64,000 nt of DNA from contig JBFWNU010000010.1 in the NCBI GenBank assembly GCA_050250895.1, forward strand, positions 1 to 64,000. Direction: 5' to 3'. Below, piece after piece: positions 58,948 to 64,000 of the stretch (position 1 is the stretch's first letter; the number at the start of each line of letters is the position of its first letter). This DNA is from Vulcanimicrobiota bacterium (lineage in GTDB: Bacteria; Vulcanimicrobiota; Xenobia; Xenobiales; JADMJV01). The notes beneath the pieces are model-generated. The model made no database searches. It saw only the letters and a list, made by a program, of their open reading frames with translations, and was not told the DNA's origin. The position numbers were made by a program, and so were the translations under genes.

Positions 58948-60681
58948 GTGGCGGTAATTTCCAGCATTAGTCCCTTCGAGACACGGGGACCTGTCTTTCC
59001 CGTGGCCAACGTGGGTGCCCCGGTTCTCGGTCAGACCAACATCCCGACCGACCCGAATCAGCTCGTTTCGGCCATTCTGCAGGTTCTCCAGCAGCTGGCC
59101 CAGGGCTTTAGCAACTTTGCCGGTGGCGATCAGCAACAGCCTGGGCAACAGCCCGGCGAGCAGGCTCAGCAGCCAGCGGCCGCTCCCATCTCCGCCCCGG
59201 CTGCCCCGGTCGAGCCGAGCAACGAAGGCCGCACAGGCTCGGGTGGCCGCGGCCGGGGGCGCTTCTCGGCTCAGGCCGAGAACGACGTTCCCAACGGACG
59301 CTCGGGCAACGCGGGCAACGCTGGCAATGCCGAGGGTGCTTACGGGGGCGGCGCAGGTGGCGGGGCCGCGGGCAACGCTGGTAATGCGGCTAACGCCGGT
59401 CAAGCCGGAGGCGGAGGACAATGTCCTCATAAAGCTGGTAACGGCGGACAGGCTGGCAACGCCGGTAACGGCGGACAGGCTGGTAACGCCGGTAACGGCG
59501 GACAGGCTGGTAACGCCGGTAACGGCGGACAGGCTGGTAACGGGGGACAGGCTGGCAACGCCGGAGCCGCAGGCGAAGCCGGAGCGGCTGGTGCCTACGG
59601 TGGCGGAGGCGGGGGCGGTGTCACCGGCCAGGCCGGGGCAGCCGGCAACGGCAACGCAGCAGCCGGCGCGGTGGGCCAGGCCGGCAACGGGGGGGCCGCT
59701 GGCAATGCCAATGCCCACATCTACTCGGTAGACTCCATCACTCCGGCTTCCGGGCCGCAAGGCACGACGCCCACCAATCCCTTTGGCACGATCGCTTCGC
59801 CGGGCACGCCTACCTTTGGCGAGACCCAGGGCAAGTCGAATTCGGCCGTGGGAACCGCTCCGGCCAATGGGTTCGACTATCGCGAACTCGATATCACCCA
59901 GCGCACCGAACTCAGCGGACTGAGCGACCGCGAGCGCGCCAATATGCATCTGTGGGGCATTCAGGTCACTTCGGCTGGCAAGAATGGTGGCGGAGTCTAT
60001 TTCAACGTGCTGCAGAACCCCGACCAGTTCCAGCCGGCCGAGGTGGCGCTGGCCCAGGAGTTCTATCAGAAAGAGATGGCCACTTACGGCGGCGTGACCG
60101 GGGCCATGCTCGACCAGGGCTTCTTCGACCTCTATCAGGACATGACCGGAGTCGACGTTTCCCAACGCTACGCCAACCGTCCGATGGAGTTTGCCACGGG
60201 GCCGGTCGATATGAACAAGCGCCTCACCGGCGACAACGGGTTTTCGCAATTCGACAACGCGGCCCTGCGGCTGTGGGGTCACGATACCCTCGACAACGGC
60301 TTGCTGGACGGGTCGGTGGTCGAGTTCACCCTCAACAGCCCCAACTCGGCGCTCGATGACAACCTCAACCAGGGCGATCTGCGGGCCCTGCTGGCCGCCG
60401 ACCTTGCCGACAACGGCCAACGCGACGGCACGGCCCTCGAGGCCGCCTTCGTCGATTCGCTCGATAGGATCTATCTCAACGGTCCTGGCGGCAGCCAGCA
60501 GAACACCCTCTCGCGGGCCGGCCTGGCCTCGAACCAGGTCGACAGCGTTTTGCAGCAGATGGCCAACAACCCCAACCTTCCGGGCATTCCGCCCGGGGTC
60601 GATATCACCAACATGGCCAATATCGGACGCTGCCCGGTGCTCGGTGGCATGGTGACCCAGCAGGGCGGCATCTCCTTCTAG
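58948..60681 (+). CDS. Gly/Ala/Asn-rich protein with triplet repeats and a duplicated C-terminal domain
   Basis: GAGG RBS; AGN/GGQ triplets; two LWG-containing repeats. Confidence 0.8.
   Translation: MAVISSISPFETRGPVFPVANVGAPVLGQTNIPTDPNQLVSAILQVLQQLAQGFSNFAGGDQQQPGQQPGEQAQQPAAAPISAPAAPVEPSNEGRTGSGGRGRGRFSAQAENDVPNGRSGNAGNAGNAEGAYGGGAGGGAAGNAGNAANAGQAGGGGQCPHKAGNGGQAGNAGNGGQAGNAGNGGQAGNAGNGGQAGNGGQAGNAGAAGEAGAAGAYGGGGGGGVTGQAGAAGNGNAAAGAVGQAGNGGAAGNANAHIYSVDSITPASGPQGTTPTNPFGTIASPGTPTFGETQGKSNSAVGTAPANGFDYRELDITQRTELSGLSDRERANMHLWGIQVTSAGKNGGGVYFNVLQNPDQFQPAEVALAQEFYQKEMATYGGVTGAMLDQGFFDLYQDMTGVDVSQRYANRPMEFATGPVDMNKRLTGDNGFSQFDNAALRLWGHDTLDNGLLDGSVVEFTLNSPNSALDDNLNQGDLRALLAADLADNGQRDGTALEAAFVDSLDRIYLNGPGGSQQNTLSRAGLASNQVDSVLQQMANNPNLPGIPPGVDITNMANIGRCPVLGGMVTQQGGISF
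59434..59562 (+). repeat. In-frame 27-bp tandem repeat (AGNAGNGGQ)
   Basis: gctggtaacgccggtaacggcggacag units. Confidence 0.9.
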
Positions 60682-60713
60682 GCCTTGACCTCCACGACCT
60701 CGAAGTCGGGGTC

Positions 60714-62051
60714 GTGGAGTTGGAGGAGTTTCTACAATCCAATCTCGAGGCCGGTTGGCACGAGTCGACGGGTGTCTTTACTACCAATCTCGAGGCTCTC
60801 CATCGCAAGATGGGCGAGCAGTATAACGCCGATCCCACCTTCTACCTCAAAAAGCTGGTCCAGGTCGGCGTGAGTAGCCAGGCCCGCCGTATCCGCGTCT
60901 GGCCGGGAACTTTCTCCAGCACGGTCACCCTGGAGGAACCGGCTGGCCTATTTCCCCTCGCTCTAGAGTCGGTCCTCGACGGGTTGCTCGACCCCACCGC
61001 CCTCGAACCGGGGCCGTTGCGCCACCTGGTGATGGCCATCTTCTCGGCTCGGGCCAAGAACATCAAGTGGCTGGAGTGTCGCTGGAGCGACGGCGAAACC
61101 GCCCGGGCCCTGACCGTCACGCCCGACCAATGCAAGAGCTATGAGCTTCAGCACTCCAGCCGTCGCTTTCTCCACTTTCGCCGGGGTCATCGTCGGGCCA
61201 ACTTCTGGCAGAACTTCAACGACGCTTCCACCCACGAGACTCCCGACCTCGCCCACCGCTGTCAGTTCTCGCCGATCCCGGTCCAGTTGAGGAAATGGCC
61301 GGTCAAGCCGGGGCGGTGGGGTAGCTTCGACCTGCATGGCGACGAGGAGTGCCTGGCTGCCTTCACTTCGGTCGAGTCGTGGTCGGAGCATCGGGGGTTC
61401 CCGCCCTTTCCCAGGGCTCGCAGGGTGGTGGGAGAGGGGCCGGCCAGCAAGAGCCTGCGATGGCAGGTTTCTTTTTGCGGCCAACAACAGCGTGCGGGAC
61501 CCCCTACCAATATTTTGGTCTTTACCCACGACAATCCGGCTACCGTTCGTTTTATCCTCGACGGAGTACTCAGCGATTCTCGACCCTGGCCAGGGGGGCC
61601 GCCGGGCTTCGAGGGGGTGGTGGAGGGCGCCGGCCTGGCCACCGACCTGAGTGAGTTCGCCATGCTCGACAGCGATTCTCTAGCCGAACGACTCGAGCGA
61701 CTCGACCAGGACCTGGTTACCTTCGCTCGCGTGCTCGAGCCATACCTGGGCTCTCTCACACCGTCCCTCAAGACGCGCATCGGCGTCTGGCTCGGGGCCG
61801 CAGTCGTGGGATTCACTGCGACTGCTCTGTCGCCGTTCCTCATCGTTCCCAGCGGGTTGTTGGCCGCCTACGGATTCAGTCGCTTTGCCCGGAGCCAACT
61901 GGCCGACCGGATGCGCCAGGACCTGATGGACTCCAGGCTCGAGTCTCCGTCAAAGGTTTTCGACCAGTCTAACCATAGGCAACATGGTGGCTATAATCAA
62001 GACCGCGAAAATACACCCCATGACGAACAACGTCAGGGGTTCGGCCAGTGA
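60714..62051 (+). CDS. Hypothetical membrane-anchored protein, paralog of 16409..17698
   Basis: ESTGVFT..HRKM..YLKKLVQ, RCQFSPIPV, GLATDLS, C-terminal TMs. Confidence 0.7.
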   Translation: MELEEFLQSNLEAGWHESTGVFTTNLEALHRKMGEQYNADPTFYLKKLVQVGVSSQARRIRVWPGTFSSTVTLEEPAGLFPLALESVLDGLLDPTALEPGPLRHLVMAIFSARAKNIKWLECRWSDGETARALTVTPDQCKSYELQHSSRRFLHFRRGHRRANFWQNFNDASTHETPDLAHRCQFSPIPVQLRKWPVKPGRWGSFDLHGDEECLAAFTSVESWSEHRGFPPFPRARRVVGEGPASKSLRWQVSFCGQQQRAGPPTNILVFTHDNPATVRFILDGVLSDSRPWPGGPPGFEGVVEGAGLATDLSEFAMLDSDSLAERLERLDQDLVTFARVLEPYLGSLTPSLKTRIGVWLGAAVVGFTATALSPFLIVPSGLLAAYGFSRFARSQLADRMRQDLMDSRLESPSKVFDQSNHRQHGGYNQDRENTPHDEQRQGFGQ

Positions 62052-62960
62052 AGTCAACACTTCGAGGCTATGCTCGACGGCTTGCTCGAAGGCCACCCCG
62101 GCCCGGAGCAGAATCTCGGACAGTTTGCCGCTCTCTTCGCCTACCGCCACCAGCGAGACCAGCAAAGGATCGACCACTGCCATGACCCCGAGCGCTTCGG
62201 AGACGGTGGCGCCGTCCTGCAGGGCCTGGGTGGCTCTGGCGATACCCTCCTCCCACAGGGGATTGGCGGTGGCTGCGGCGGCCAGCGGCAGGGCCTGCAG
62301 GGCAGGGACTCCGACCATCAGCTGCAGACCCAGAGCGTCGCAGAAGCGGGCTTGAGATACCTGGCGCACCACCGGGCCAACCACTGGCAGGCCGTCGAGC
62401 AAGCCAAAGACCTTCAGCCGAAACGAGGGCACCTGCCATAACTGGTGTGCGGTCCCGAGACCGGCCACTCCCAGGACTGCCAGGCCCACCACGAAGACCG
62501 GGTTGCGCAACAGCCCCGCCAGCTTGATCACCACCTGAGTCAGCAGCGGTGGAGGCTCGGGCGACGAGGCTAGAATCCCCAGCATTCCTTCGAGCACCAG
62601 CGGGGGCAAAATCAGCAGGGCGAGGGTCGCCACCACGAAGAGGATAGCCGGATAGGTCAGGCGCGAGCGCAGCCGGCCGCGCAAAGCCTCGTTTTTCTCG
62701 TCATAGTCGGCCAGGCGGTCGAGCAGTCTGACCAATCCCCCCGTCATTTCGCCAACCTTCAACAAAGCACGATGGAGCGGTCCGAAGAGATCCGGGTGGG
62801 AGGCGACGGTCGCCGAAAAGGTGTGTCCTTTTTGCAGCTGCAAAGCCATGGATTCGACCCGAGCTTGCTCGTTCTCAGGAAGCTGTTCGGCCAGAATGCC
62901 GAGCGCACGATGAAGAGGGATGCCGGCTCCTACCATCGTGGCCAGGGACCGCATCATCAC
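61950..62960 (-). CDS. PilC/GspF (T2SS F) platform protein
   Basis: AGIPLHRAL, GEMTGGL, LTYP, GEESGKL, LAEP. Confidence 0.92.
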   Translation of the reverse strand: MMMRSLATMVGAGIPLHRALGILAEQLPENEQARVESMALQLQKGHTFSATVASHPDLFGPLHRALLKVGEMTGGLVRLLDRLADYDEKNEALRGRLRSRLTYPAILFVVATLALLILPPLVLEGMLGILASSPEPPPLLTQVVIKLAGLLRNPVFVVGLAVLGVAGLGTAHQLWQVPSFRLKVFGLLDGLPVVGPVVRQVSQARFCDALGLQLMVGVPALQALPLAAAATANPLWEEGIARATQALQDGATVSEALGVMAVVDPLLVSLVAVGEESGKLSEILLRAGVAFEQAVEHSLEVLTSLAEPLTLFVMGCIFAVLIIATMLPMVRLVENL

Positions 62961-63127
62961 CAGTCTCGCCTGTGGGCCGCTCAGTTGCCCAACCCAATTG
63001 CCCGAGTCAGCATTTGGACTTACTCCGACGAGACCTGTGCCCGCCCCTTCCCGGTCCGACGGCGGTTCCCCATTTCCACCCCTGGCCGCTCGCGGGAGAA
63101 TCCGAACGGGGAACGAAAAGTCGACCC

Positions 63128-64000
63128 ATGAAGAGATGGATTCTGCTTGCGCTTTTGCTGACTCTGGTCAGCTGGCCCGATACCCCACCCGCCGAACTGC
63201 TGGCCGCCTGGCCCGCCTCGCCGCCGACCGCCGACGGGACGAGACTGCAAGGCGAACTGGTGGTGCAGATGGTGGAGGGGGCGAGCTGGCGTCAGGCGCG
63301 CCAACTGGGGCTAGACCATCATCTTGAGGTCCACTACGCGTCGCCGCCGGCGGTGGCCTGGGGTTTGCTGGTCGTGCGCGTCGACGAGGGCCGGCTCGCG
63401 GCCACCATGGCCCGGCTCGAGGGCGATCCGCGAGTGTCGTCGGTCAGCCCCAATACCATCTATGCGGCGCTGGCCAACGAAGATCCGTTTCCCAATGACC
63501 CCCGCTATCAAGAACAGTGGCACATGCAGGCTATCGACGTCGAGAAGGCCTGGCAGACCACCCGAGGCAAGGGGGCGGTGGTGGCCGTGGTCGACACGGG
63601 CGTGGCCTATCGCGATTGGAAGAAGTTTCGCCAGGTCGAGGACCTCAAGCAGACCAGCTTTGCGGTCGGCTACGACTTCGTCAACCGGCGCCCCGAGGCC
63701 CTCGATGACAACGGGCACGGCACCCACGTGGCCGGGACGGTGGCTCAGTCGACCCACAACGGGGTGGGCGTGGCCGGGGTCGCCTTCGAAGCCACGATCA
63801 TGCCGGTCAAAGTGCTCAACGCCCGGGGCAGCGGCTCGTTGGCCGATGTCGCCAGCGGCATTCGTTTTGCGGCCGACCAGGGGGCAAACGTGGTCACCCT
63901 TTGTCTGGGCGCCCGAGGACGCGACCGGGTGCTTCACGAGGCTTGCATCTATGCGCGCGGCAAGGGGACGACCCTGGTGGCCGCGGCCGGCAACACCGGT
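63128..64000 (+). CDS. S8 subtilisin-like serine protease, partial (runs off the window)
   Basis: Not in the ORF track. Translated by hand from ATG 63128: signal peptide, PNDP, VAVVDTG, DNGHGTHVAGT, IMPVKVL, VAAAGN. Confidence 0.93.
   Translation, partial: MKRWILLALLLTLVSWPDTPPAELLAAWPASPPTADGTRLQGELVVQMVEGASWRQARQLGLDHHLEVHYASPPAVAWGLLVVRVDEGRLAATMARLEGDPRVSSVSPNTIYAALANEDPFPNDPRYQEQWHMQAIDVEKAWQTTRGKGAVVAVVDTGVAYRDWKKFRQVEDLKQTSFAVGYDFVNRRPEALDDNGHGTHVAGTVAQSTHNGVGVAGVAFEATIMPVKVLNARGSGSLADVASGIRFAADQGANVVTLCLGARGRDRVLHEACIYARGKGTTLVAAAGNTG

Noticed and set aside
61950-62051. 102-bp convergent gene overlap as a functional feature
   Set aside because: The overlapping tail has no counterpart in the paralog and is most simply read-through to the next stop.

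Overview
GC-rich bacterial window with two parts. The gene content (many PilC/GspF, prepilin, PilZ and membrane Ser/Thr kinase paralogs) is reminiscent of Ca. Eremiobacterota/Vulcanimicrobiota, but that is inference only. (1) 1-11.1 kb is a decayed polymorphic-toxin island. It holds two orphan Rhs C-terminal modules behind an identical 66-bp boundary, a CdiA EC869-like nuclease tip with putative immunity gene, two XRE-antitoxin-toxin units (RelE-type, PIN-type), a truncated CHC2 primase, three families of dispersed repeats and a DDE IS. It also holds an IS110-family (IS1111-type) element whose 3' non-coding region folds into a predicted bridge/seek RNA; the guides match both its own insertion site and an empty copy of that site at 11.06 kb. 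About eight single frameshifts are confined to this island. (2) 11.2-64 kb has housekeeping genes (dcd, rodA, hutU, DUF47-PiT, modA) and two modules combining a receptor-topology Ser/Thr kinase, PilC/GspF, PilV/PilW-like prepilins and large PilX-like proteins with a hypervariable internal segment. It also has a PqqD-TAT-Cys-rich fusion, several signal-peptide-less enzymes with similar low-complexity N-termini, a Gly-triplet protein behind a sigma54-like promoter, and a 1.4-kb non-CRISPR palindromic repeat array. No rRNA, tRNA or cas genes were recognised. All calls come from motif reading by eye; no database searches were run.
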